DNA of 33,264 bases from Pirellulales bacterium (GCA_035606815.1 DATNEC010000629.1:1-33264); one strand, 5' to 3'; numbered from the stretch's first letter, positions 8,005-16,548 are shown. Made by a program: numbers and translations. Notes: generated from the sequence alone by a model not told the origin.

Positions 8005-9738
8005 ATGACATTCGACGCCTACCACAAATGGCTCGGCATTCCGGCGGAGGACCAGCCGCCGAACCACTATCGGCTGTTGGCCATCAATCTGTTCGAAGAC
8101 GATCTCGACGTCATCGAGAGCGCGGCCGACCGGCAGATGGCCCATGTGCGGACGTTTCAAGGCGGGCCGCACTCGGCCGATTCGCAAAAGCTGCTCAACG
8201 AATTGTCGGCCGCCAAAATCTCCCTGCTCCATCCGCAGAAACGCGCCGCCTACGACGCGGAATTGCGACGGCAACTTGCCGCGGCGCAGGAGCCCCCGCC
8301 GTCTGCGGCCCCGACCCAACCGCCCTTGCCGCCCGCTCCGCGCCCCCAGCCGGTAGCCCAGCCGGTTCGGCCCGCACTGGTTCCCGCCGCTGTGAATCCG
8401 CTGGCGGCGCCGGAGTTGGTGTTCGAGCGGGCGAGCGCGATGCGCAATGGCCGCCCGCGACGCCGCCGAAACAGCGGTTGGCCATTGGCTGGTGTCGCAG
8501 CCTTGTCGGCCGCTCTCGTCGTCGGCTACTTGGTTTGGACCAAACCCGGCGCGGAACCGATTGCCTTGGCCCCGCCCAACGCACGCCCCGCGAAGACAGC
8601 GACGAATCCGCGACCGGACCTGCAGCCGCCCGCACCGAAAGACCCCGAGACGCCCTCTCCACCGACTGCTGACATGGAAGCTTCGGTGCAGCCGCCTGAT
8701 GCATCCTCCGACGCCGCCGCTGCGTTTCTCAAAACCGAGGTTCGCGAGAATTCGCCGCCGGATCGACTACCGGCCGTCGCGGAAAGCACGATGCCCAAGC
8801 CGTCGGCCACAGGCCTCGCCGAATCGTTGGCGGAAAAAGCCGCCAATGAACCAGCAAACGCCCCTCCGCCCGCGGCGAACAGCAACGCCATCGCCGCGAT
8901 GCTGGTCAAGGCCAAGGCGGACTATCTCCGCGACATGCAGAAGGTTTGCGACTCTTTAGAGACCTACATCGACAAGCGGATCGAATCGAGCGCACGCCGT
9001 AGGACGAAAGGGCCGTTCGATGCGGCAGTGCAAATGCGCGTCGCGTTCGACCAAGACGGCCGAATGCCGGCGACGGCGCCGAGCGCGTTCAAGCAAAAAG
9101 CGGCCAAGGCCCGCGCCGATCTGGAAAGAACCTACCGGACGGCGATCGACGAATATGCATCGGCCCGCCAGAGCGCTTCAGCCGCCGCTCTCGTCGAGGA
9201 ACTGAATCGGCTCGGCGACCCCGAGCAAATCGGCCGGTTTCGGCGCGAATTGCTGCGCAACCCGGGTTGCGAGCAGCCGCCGCAAGGCAGCGGGATCCCC
9301 GGATGGACGGCGATCAAGGGACCGTGGCAGCGCCGCGAAAAAGACCCCCCGCCCCAGGAAGGGACCGGATACTTCCTGCCGGGCGATTGCGCCGAAGGCG
9401 AACTTGTGCAAGACATCGATGTCGAGTTGTACGCTCCGCGAATCGACTCGGGAAAGCAGAAGTTCGAGTTCACGGGCTTCGTCCGGTCGTTCAAGCAGCA
9501 ACCGCCCGATATGTCGCGGATCGTCGTCGAGTATCGCGACTCATCGAATTCCAAGATCCTCGACGCGGCCGACTCGGGCCCCATCGCCAACGTCGACGCT
9601 TGGCAACTCGTTTCCGACAAACGGCTGGCCCCGCGCGAAACGCGGTGGGTGCGGGTGCGGCTGATCAGCACGCGCTACGGCGGGCGCGAAAACGATGGTT
9701 ACTACGACGGCCTTTCGTTTCGCGCCGTCGAGAAATGA
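8005..9738 (+). CDS. membrane-anchored protein: J-like domain (no HPD), Pro-rich linker, TM, helical region, C-terminal FBA-like / galactose-binding-like domain
   Basis: Track ORF 7987..9738; the second ATG (8005) gives MTFDAYHKWLGIPAEDQPPNHYRLLAI...AAYDAELR. This is a J-domain-like helix pattern, but HVRTFQGG replaces HPD. TM WPLAGVAALSAALVVGYLVW lies at about 8479..8538. The last 165 aa (9241..9735) are discussed in the findings. Confidence 0.8.
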   Translation: MTFDAYHKWLGIPAEDQPPNHYRLLAINLFEDDLDVIESAADRQMAHVRTFQGGPHSADSQKLLNELSAAKISLLHPQKRAAYDAELRRQLAAAQEPPPSAAPTQPPLPPAPRPQPVAQPVRPALVPAAVNPLAAPELVFERASAMRNGRPRRRRNSGWPLAGVAALSAALVVGYLVWTKPGAEPIALAPPNARPAKTATNPRPDLQPPAPKDPETPSPPTADMEASVQPPDASSDAAAAFLKTEVRENSPPDRLPAVAESTMPKPSATGLAESLAEKAANEPANAPPPAANSNAIAAMLVKAKADYLRDMQKVCDSLETYIDKRIESSARRRTKGPFDAAVQMRVAFDQDGRMPATAPSAFKQKAAKARADLERTYRTAIDEYASARQSASAAALVEELNRLGDPEQIGRFRRELLRNPGCEQPPQGSGIPGWTAIKGPWQRREKDPPPQEGTGYFLPGDCAEGELVQDIDVELYAPRIDSGKQKFEFTGFVRSFKQQPPDMSRIVVEYRDSSNSKILDAADSGPIANVDAWQLVSDKRLAPRETRWVRVRLISTRYGGRENDGYYDGLSFRAVEK

Positions 9739-9754
9739 GGCCGACCGCCTTCTT

Positions 9755-11617
9755 TTATCTCAGAATCTCGCATTCGGGCAGGAGACGAGTCAAACGCGAA
9801 ACGCCTTGCTCGGTGACCGGAGCCCCGCGCAGATCGAGGCGCTTGAGATTTTGGAGCTTTCGCAAGCTCAATAATCCCCCGTCGGTCACGGCCGAGTCGC
9901 GAAGGTCAAGCTCTTCGAGTTCGGCCTGCGCGGCGGCCAGCGAGACCAGCCCGGCGTCCGTCACCGCCGCCGGTAAGCCCTTCGTGACGGCTCGGCCTCC
10001 GGCGTGCGGTCGTTTCAGCTTGACGCGGGAAACGCTGACGCGCTGGGCGCCCGACGAATAGCGAATATCGGTACTCGTCGTGCTTGGCAAACGGCCCAAA
10101 AGCGCCTCGGAAGCTCCAATCTCGATGCTCGCTAGCCGGTGCGCCTTGCGGAAGTTTTCGGTCAGAGATAATTGGAGCGTCTGGAGCCGTGACAGATCCT
10201 TGAGGCTCTCCAATCCCGCGTCGGTGATCGGCGTATTCGTCAGGTTCAAATCACGGAGTTGCGCGAATTGCCGAAGTTGTTTCAGTCCCGCGTGGGTGAC
10301 CGCCGTGGCGGACAGGTCCAACTTCTCCAGCCGCGCAAGCGGCGCGAGCAAGGCGAGTTGCCGGTCGTCGATCGTCGATCTGGAGAGATCGAGGATGAGC
10401 AAATCCGCGAGGCCCGCGATGCGCCGGCACGTCTCATCGGCAAGCGGCCGCTCTTGATCGCATTTCAGGGACGTGATCGTGCCGTCGTCGGCGAGCGACG
10501 GTTCAAAGCCGATGCGGCGCCAATCGGCGACGATCTCGGCCCGGCGCCACTGTTCGATGCGGTGAGGAATGCTGCAAGCCAGGCCCGCCGCCACGACGAC
10601 AAGCGGCGCGAGGGCGAAGGCGAATCGGAGGCGCGAACTTGCCGCCGGCGAATGATGCGCTGCGACTTCGACGCGCTTTTTCGAGCGGCGGCGCAGCCGG
10701 TATCCGCAGGCCCGGACCACGGCGAAACTGACAAGACCGTTGAACATCGCGCCCGCTTCGAACGTCAGCATGTCGCCGACCGACAGTCCATTGCCGATAC
10801 TCCGAAAGAAGAAGCCCGCGCCCGCAAGACCCAACAGGACCAGCAAGCTCAACACGATGCGCAGCGCCAGCCGGCGGCCGTCGGCCAGCACGATCCAAGC
10901 CAGCGCAATCACCGGCGATCCGCCCAGCGCGACCATTAAACCGATCATGCCGGCTTCGGACAGCGCCATGAGAGAATCTTCCGCTTCCAGGTCGACGCCG
11001 GGAGCCAGCCAGCGCAGTCCGGCCAGCAGCAGCGCGACGGCCAAGGTCCAGCCGAGCATGGCCCGTAGCGAAAACTGGCTGCTCGACTTGGTCGCGAGCC
11101 GGCCCGTCTCGGCATCGGCGGCGCCGTTTTCCGCGAGTTCCAGCCTCCAGCGGCGCACCGCGCGAATCAGCCACAGCGGCGCCTGCAACACGCCAAACGC
11201 GAAAAGCCAGGCCGCATTGATGATCAGAAGCAGGGGGCCGCTCTCGCCGGTGTTGCGATGGAGTCCGTACAATTCGGCGAGGTTGACGGCCACGGCCAGG
11301 CACAAAGTCAGGGGCAGCCGCACGGCGGCACGTTGCGGGCCGAACACGGCCCATACGGCCAGCAATGCTGGCCAGGCCACCGAGAAGCCAATCGCCGGCA
11401 ACAGGAAATGATTCCAAAGCGAATCCGACTCATCCGAGCCCAGCGGCGTCAGCGCCGCGGCGGCGAATTGCACGGCGAGCAATAGCCCGAACAGGATGGC
11501 GGTTCGCACTCCAGCCGCATCCTTGCGCGGCCGATCGGGGGCGATTGTCGCGCCGGCCGAAGCCTCGCTCGGGCCGCTTGAATCCGCAGAACGCGAGATC
11601 GCGAATAGCTCGCCCAT
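9755..11617 (-). CDS. polytopic membrane protein with C-terminal RNI-type leucine-rich repeats
   Basis: The track ORF starts at TTG 11674. The first ATG (11617..11615) is preceded by AGGAGG with a 6-nt spacer, so I prefer it. Multiple TM segments are followed by 24-aa repeats of the form L..L..L.L..T.(V/I)TDAGL..L. One repeat is interrupted by a ~63-aa non-LRR island (9968..10156). Confidence 0.8.
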   Translation of the reverse strand: MGELFAISRSADSSGPSEASAGATIAPDRPRKDAAGVRTAILFGLLLAVQFAAAALTPLGSDESDSLWNHFLLPAIGFSVAWPALLAVWAVFGPQRAAVRLPLTLCLAVAVNLAELYGLHRNTGESGPLLLIINAAWLFAFGVLQAPLWLIRAVRRWRLELAENGAADAETGRLATKSSSQFSLRAMLGWTLAVALLLAGLRWLAPGVDLEAEDSLMALSEAGMIGLMVALGGSPVIALAWIVLADGRRLALRIVLSLLVLLGLAGAGFFFRSIGNGLSVGDMLTFEAGAMFNGLVSFAVVRACGYRLRRRSKKRVEVAAHHSPAASSRLRFAFALAPLVVVAAGLACSIPHRIEQWRRAEIVADWRRIGFEPSLADDGTITSLKCDQERPLADETCRRIAGLADLLILDLSRSTIDDRQLALLAPLARLEKLDLSATAVTHAGLKQLRQFAQLRDLNLTNTPITDAGLESLKDLSRLQTLQLSLTENFRKAHRLASIEIGASEALLGRLPSTTSTDIRYSSGAQRVSVSRVKLKRPHAGGRAVTKGLPAAVTDAGLVSLAAAQAELEELDLRDSAVTDGGLLSLRKLQNLKRLDLRGAPVTEQGVSRLTRLLPECEILR

Positions 11618-11681
11618 CGTCGCCCTCCTGGTCACACGAGGCGCAGCACCGGCATCTTCGCCGGTTGCATTCAACTCAAGA

Positions 11682-11711
11682 TTGATAGCTGATATCGCGA
11701 TCGAGGGTCAA
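11682..11711 (-). promoter_or_regulatory. candidate sigma70-like promoter for the LRR membrane protein gene
   Basis: On the minus strand: TTGACC (11711..11706), an 18-nt spacer, TATCAA (11687..11682), about 65 nt upstream of ATG 11617, within a locally AT-richer patch. Sequence match only. Confidence 0.3.
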
Positions 11712-11865
11712 TATCAATGCGGCGGGGCGCCGGCGCGCTTGCGACTCAGCGCGTTGCGCGAAACGGAAAGTTGGAGGGACGGGCGCCCCCGCCCGTCTGC
11801 GGTCGCGGCGCGCTGGGACAGGCGAGGGCGCCCATCCCACCCGGGCAACCGAGACTTGCAAAAGT

Positions 11866-12058
11866 CGCGTAGGTTATGCTTCAGCATAACAACGGACTGC
11901 GTATAGATTCGTTATGCTATTAACGTCGCGAACCTTGCTGCGGCGGCAAAGTAGCAGGCACGCTCCGCGTGCCGTCGCCGCGGGTTGCGGCACGCGGAGC
12001 GTGCCTACTACGTTTTGGTTGCGGCTCCGCCGCATTACGCTGAAGCATAACCTACGCG
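11866..12058. repeat. nested palindromic element (MITE/REP-like) just downstream of the DUF1501 gene
   Basis: Perfect 20-nt inverted repeat: CGCGTAGGTTATGCTTCAGC (11866..11885) with GCTGAAGCATAACCTACGCG (12039..12058). An inner perfect 19-bp hairpin: AGGCACGCTCCGCGTGCCG (11956..11974) with CGGCACGCGGAGCGTGCCT (11988..12006), 13-nt loop. The outer arm also contains the mini-palindrome GTTATGC-TTCA-GCATAAC (11873..11890). Confidence 0.8.
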
Positions 12059-12066
12059 GTTCCTTT

Positions 12067-13395
12067 TCAGACCAATTCCGCGATCGGCTGCGCCTCGTCG
12101 GGCAGCAGATATTGCGGGCGGCCGGCCTGGTCGAGAATCTGCACGTGCGGATCGATGCCGAGCACGTGAAAGATCGTGGCCATCAGGTGCTTGGGCTCGA
12201 TCGGCGCGCTCTTGGGAACCTCGGCTTTGGCCGACGATTCGCCGATTACCTGGCCCATCTTCAAGCCGCCGCCGGCCAGGGCCAGCGTGCAGAGCGGGCC
12301 CCAGTGGTCGCGCCCGGCGACGCCGTTGATCCGCGGCGTGCGGCCGAATTCGCCGGTGATCACCAGCAGGATCTTTTCCGACAGGCCGCGCTGCGCCAAG
12401 TCTTCGAGAAATACCGAGATCGCCCGATCCAGGGGCGGACAGGCCTGCTGCATCTGCGGGACGATCTTCTCGTGCATGTCCCAGGCCTGGTACGAATTGG
12501 TATAGTTCAGCGTCACGAAGCCGCAGCCCGCCTCGCATAGCCGGCGGGCCATGAGCAACTGGTCGCCGAGCGACGTGCCGGCCGAGTTGTACCAATCGCG
12601 CACGCGCGGATCTTCCAATTGCAGATCGAAGGCGTGCTTGGCCTTGCCCAACACCAGGTCGAACGCCTGGCCTTCGAACTTGTCGAGGCCGGTCATCAGC
12701 CCGCTGCGGTCGACGTCGCGGTTCAGCCGGTCGAGGCCGGTGAGCAACTGCCGCCGGTCGCCGACCCGATCGAGGTTGACGCTCAGGTTCATGTTGTTGC
12801 GGGCTTGCCCGCCCGTGTCGAACGGCGCGTAGGTCGTCCCCAGCCAAGCCGGCCCGTCGGCGTAGACGCCCGACAAACGCACGTAGCTGGGCATGCCGCT
12901 GGCGGGGTTGTTCGTGCCGCGGAGGCGGGCCACCACCGAGCCGAACGAAGGCTTGATCGGCGGGGCGCCGGCATCGGCGGGCGGATGATCGCTGCCGGTC
13001 ATCACATAGTGGGTGCCGCCGGCGTGGCCCGAGTTGCCATGTGCAAAAGAGCGAATGAAGGCCATCCGCTTGGCACTCTTGGCCATTTCCGGCAGCAGGC
13101 CGCCGATGCGAATCCCCGGAAGGGCCGTTTCCACGTCGCCCACGGCGCTGCGGAACTCGACGGGAGCGTCCATTTTGGGGTCGAAGGTTTCAATGTGGCT
13201 CGGCCCGCCCGCCAGCCACAGCCAGACGACCGAAGTGTCTTTGACGGTATGCCCGGCGGCGGCGGCCCGCGCTCGGGCCTGCATCAGTCCCGGCAAGGTC
13301 AAACCGGAGAGGGCCAACGACCCGACCTTCAAAAAACCACGGCGATGAACGCCCTCGCAATCGCTGCCGTACGCTCGACCCCACAGATTCAACAT
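12067..13395 (-). CDS. DUF1501 domain-containing protein (sulfatase-like fold, Tat-type signal)
   Basis: N-terminus HRRGFLKVGSLALSGLTLPGLM (twin-Arg-like), followed by VVWLWLAGGPSHIETFDPK, GDQLLMARRLCEAGCGFVTL, WDMH, GEFGRTPRIN and GRDHW, all characteristic of DUF1501 as I recall it. AAGGAG lies 7 nt upstream of ATG 13395. Confidence 0.9.
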   Translation of the reverse strand: MLNLWGRAYGSDCEGVHRRGFLKVGSLALSGLTLPGLMQARARAAAAGHTVKDTSVVWLWLAGGPSHIETFDPKMDAPVEFRSAVGDVETALPGIRIGGLLPEMAKSAKRMAFIRSFAHGNSGHAGGTHYVMTGSDHPPADAGAPPIKPSFGSVVARLRGTNNPASGMPSYVRLSGVYADGPAWLGTTYAPFDTGGQARNNMNLSVNLDRVGDRRQLLTGLDRLNRDVDRSGLMTGLDKFEGQAFDLVLGKAKHAFDLQLEDPRVRDWYNSAGTSLGDQLLMARRLCEAGCGFVTLNYTNSYQAWDMHEKIVPQMQQACPPLDRAISVFLEDLAQRGLSEKILLVITGEFGRTPRINGVAGRDHWGPLCTLALAGGGLKMGQVIGESSAKAEVPKSAPIEPKHLMATIFHVLGIDPHVQILDQAGRPQYLLPDEAQPIAELV

Positions 13396-13627
13396 GGGAG
13401 TGCTCCTTGTTCCGGCTCGTTGGCTATTGGGACTTTATCTCTCTGAGTTCGGCTATCATCCCCCTTTTGCCGAATTCAGTCAAGAAAAAATATCAACATT
13501 GGCTGATGCATCGGCCAGGCCGGCGTCTTTCCACCCCGGCGCGACGAGGGTAGCATTAAACCAAAGAACTCGGCGATGTTGCGGCCATAGACGCGACAAT
13601 CCAGCAATAGGCACCCCCCATTGGAGC

Positions 13628-15592
13628 GTGAACGCTTTGCCGACGGAAGCCGCCGCCCCCGATTTCCACGGCCTGCGCGTGGCCTCGTTCGAGAGCCGCC
13701 GCGCTCAGGACATGGTCCGGATGATCGAGCGCTTTCGCGGCGTTCCGGCGGTCAGCCCCTCGATGCGCGAGACGCCGTCGGACGACCCGCGCGAGGCGAT
13801 CGACTTCGCCAACCGGTTGATCAGCGGGCAGATCGACGTGGTGATTCTGCAAACTGGCGTCGGCACGCGGCAACTGGTCGCCCAGATCGAGCGGCACGTC
13901 GACAAGCCTCGCTTTTTGACCGCATTGACCGACGTCACGACGATCGCCCGCGGCCCCAAGCCGGTCGCGGCCCTGAAGGAGCTTGAGATCCGGCCCAGCT
14001 TCATCGCCCCCGAGCCGAACACCTGGCGCGAGGTGCTGCAAACGGTCGATCTCTACGTGCCGGTCGCCAGTCTCTCAGTCGCCGTGCAGGAATACGGCAA
14101 TCCGAACGTCAGCCTGGTGGCAGGGCTTGAAGCGCGCGGCGCCCGGGTCGTCAAAGTCAAGGTTTACAGCTACGAACTGCCGGAGGATACCGCCCCGCTG
14201 GAGGCCAATATCCGGGCGATCGCGGCCGGCGAGATCGACGTGGCCATGTTCACCTCGGCGCACCAGGTGACCAACGTATTGCGGATGGCCCGCCGGCTCG
14301 GCTTGGCCGACGAGCTGCGCGAGGGCTTTCGCAAAACGGTCGTGGCCTCGATCGGGCCGACCACTTCCGAAATGTTGCAGGAGCACGAGTTGCCGGTCGA
14401 TCTGGAGCCCGAGCATCCGAAAATGGGCCACTTGGTGAGCGAGGCGGCCGCCGCCAGCGGCATGCTGGTCGCCGGAAAGCGCGGCAAATCGACGCCGGCG
14501 GGCGCCGCGTTTCCGCCGCTCGCACGGCTTGCCCGTGATGAACCGCCGCCGGCCTGGCATGACAGCCCGTTCATGAAAGCTTGTCGCCGCGAACCGTGCG
14601 ACCGCACGCCGGTCTGGCTGATGCGGCAGGCCGGCCGTTACATGGCCGAGTATCGCGAAGTGCGCTCGCGAACGACGTTTCTCGAACTTTGCAAGAACCC
14701 GTCGTTGTGCGCCGAAGTGATGATTACGGCCGTGCGTCGGCTGGGCGTCGATGCGGCGATTATCTTTTCCGATCTGCTGCCGATGCTCGAACCGATGGGC
14801 ATCGAACTCGAATTCGCGCACGGCGAAGGGCCGGTGATCCACAATCCGGTGCGCGAGGCGGCCGACGTCGATCGCGTGCTCGAACTGGAGTCGGTCGACG
14901 CGCTCGATTTCGTGATGGAAACGGTGCGGCAGACCCGTGCGGGGCTCGACGAAGCGATCCCGCTGATCGGTTTCGCCGGCGCGCCCTTCACGCTGGCCAG
15001 CTACGTGATCGAAGGGGGCGCGAGCCGCAGCTACCTGCATGCCAAAACGCTGATGTACCGCGACGAGGGCGCCTGGCACGAGCTGATGGGCCGGCTGGCC
15101 CGTTCGGTCACGCGCTATCTCAACGCCCAGATTGAGGCCGGGGCGCAGGCCGTGCAACTCTTCGACAGTTGGGTCGGCTGCCTGGGGCCTGACGATTATC
15201 GCCGCTACGTGCTGCCGCACACCCGTTCGATCATCGACGGGCTTTCGCCCGGCGCCCCGGCGATCAATTTCGCCACCGGTAATCCCGCTTTGCTGCCATT
15301 GTTGGCCGAAGCGGGCGGAGCGGTGATCGGCGTCGATTGGCGGATTCGGCTCGACGACGCCTGGCGAACGATCGGCTACGACAAGGCGGTGCAAGGCAAT
15401 CTCGATCCGCTCGTGCTGTTGGCCGACCGCGACGAAATCCGCCGCCGCGCCAAAGAGATTCTCCAACAAGCCGCCGGCCGCCCTGGACACATCTTCAATC
15501 TGGGCCACGGCGTGTTGCAGCAAACGCCGGTCGATAACGTGATCGCCCTGGTCGAGGCGGTGCATGAGTTCGGTCCGCAGACGGCAAGTTAG
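13628..15592 (+). CDS. fused uroporphyrinogen-III synthase (HemD) / uroporphyrinogen decarboxylase (HemE)
   Basis: One uninterrupted frame. The N-terminal half resembles HemD (LRVASFESRR...VVILQTGVGT...ARGPKP...VAMFTSA...ASIGPTTS). The C-terminal half is unmistakably HemE (DRTPVWLMRQAGRYMAEYR, IIFSDLL, IGFAGAPFTLASY, VQLFDSW, GHIFNLGHG). The start is uncertain: GTG 13628 or TTG 13637 (GGAG at 13623..13626). ATG 13394 of the track ORF would add 78 implausible residues. Confidence 0.88.
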   Translation: MNALPTEAAAPDFHGLRVASFESRRAQDMVRMIERFRGVPAVSPSMRETPSDDPREAIDFANRLISGQIDVVILQTGVGTRQLVAQIERHVDKPRFLTALTDVTTIARGPKPVAALKELEIRPSFIAPEPNTWREVLQTVDLYVPVASLSVAVQEYGNPNVSLVAGLEARGARVVKVKVYSYELPEDTAPLEANIRAIAAGEIDVAMFTSAHQVTNVLRMARRLGLADELREGFRKTVVASIGPTTSEMLQEHELPVDLEPEHPKMGHLVSEAAAASGMLVAGKRGKSTPAGAAFPPLARLARDEPPPAWHDSPFMKACRREPCDRTPVWLMRQAGRYMAEYREVRSRTTFLELCKNPSLCAEVMITAVRRLGVDAAIIFSDLLPMLEPMGIELEFAHGEGPVIHNPVREAADVDRVLELESVDALDFVMETVRQTRAGLDEAIPLIGFAGAPFTLASYVIEGGASRSYLHAKTLMYRDEGAWHELMGRLARSVTRYLNAQIEAGAQAVQLFDSWVGCLGPDDYRRYVLPHTRSIIDGLSPGAPAINFATGNPALLPLLAEAGGAVIGVDWRIRLDDAWRTIGYDKAVQGNLDPLVLLADRDEIRRRAKEILQQAAGRPGHIFNLGHGVLQQTPVDNVIALVEAVHEFGPQTAS

Positions 15593-15687
15593 GGTACGGC
15601 GCCCGGGTCTCCGCTTCCGGATATTTCACCACGGAGTCACGGAGAGGAAATGAAGGGCGAGAAACGAACGCCGAGAGCCCTGACGCC

Positions 15688-16548
15688 ATGAGGATCCGCC
15701 TCGCCTATTTTGTCGGCATCTGCCTTGTCGCCTTGCCGATCGCTCTCGTGGCTGCCGAGGATTCGGGCGCCACGATCTCCGCCGCTACGAAAGACTCGCT
15801 AGGTTTTTTGGTTCACGACGTGAAGTCGGCATTTCAGGCCGGCGGAACCCAGCTTCGCGTGCTGCCGCCCGATGAACTTGATCGGGGCACAACTTATTCG
15901 GTCATTTACGTGTTGCCGGTCGAAGCGGGTCTTGAAGATCGCTACGGCGACGGTTTGCTGGAAATCAAGCAGCGCGATCTGCACAACCAGCATCGGGCGA
16001 TCTTCGTCGCGCCGACGTTTTCTCATTTGCCCTGGTACGCCGATCATGCGACCGATCCGGCGATCCGCCAGGAGCGTTCTTTTATCGAGGTCGTGGTTCC
16101 CTTCATCGACAAATCGTATCCCGTCGCGAAGGCGGCCGAGGGCCGATACTTGCTCGGCTTCAGCAAGTCGGGCTGGGGCGCCTGGAGCCTGCCGTTGCGG
16201 CATCCCGAGACGTTTTCGAAAGCCGCGGCCTGGGACGCTCCGTTGATGATGGACCGCTTGGGCCAGTACGGCACGACGCCGATCTTCGGCACGCAAGAGC
16301 GCTTCGACGAATACCGCATCGATCGGCTGCTGCCGGCGACGACCGACAAGCTGGGCGACCGCGCGCGATTGATTTTGACCGGCTACGGCAATTTTCGCGA
16401 GCATCACCAGCGCGCTCGTCAGTTGCTGCTCGACTTGAAAATCCCCCACGAGCACCGCGACGGGCCCGAGCGCAAGCACGACTGGCACAGCGGCTGGGTC
16501 GCCGAAGCGGTGGAATTGCTGCTCCGTCAGGACAAGCCGAAGAGCTGA
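15688..16548 (+). CDS. secreted alpha/beta-hydrolase, esterase (esterase D / putative esterase family-like)
   Basis: Signal peptide MRIRLAYFVGICLVALPIALVAAED. Nucleophile elbow GFSKSGWGA (GxSxG). A conserved-looking H near the C-terminus (DWHSGW). Confidence 0.7.
   Translation: MRIRLAYFVGICLVALPIALVAAEDSGATISAATKDSLGFLVHDVKSAFQAGGTQLRVLPPDELDRGTTYSVIYVLPVEAGLEDRYGDGLLEIKQRDLHNQHRAIFVAPTFSHLPWYADHATDPAIRQERSFIEVVVPFIDKSYPVAKAAEGRYLLGFSKSGWGAWSLPLRHPETFSKAAAWDAPLMMDRLGQYGTTPIFGTQERFDEYRIDRLLPATTDKLGDRARLILTGYGNFREHHQRARQLLLDLKIPHEHRDGPERKHDWHSGWVAEAVELLLRQDKPKS

Noticed and set aside
13394-13627. Upstream 78 codons of the hemDE track ORF (ATG 13394)
   Set aside because: This ATG overlaps the divergent DUF1501 start codon and lies within the promoter/SD region. 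The extension has no HemD similarity and an odd composition, so a downstream GTG/TTG start is preferred.
14075-15565. 496-aa ORF antisense to hemE
   Set aside because: Shadow of a strongly recognisable HemE frame, with an Arg-rich, low-complexity composition.
15630-15644. Tandem CACGGAGT CACGGAGA upstream of the esterase gene
   Set aside because: Only two short units with no stem partner. It is probably a fragment of a dispersed repeat family and too small to call.
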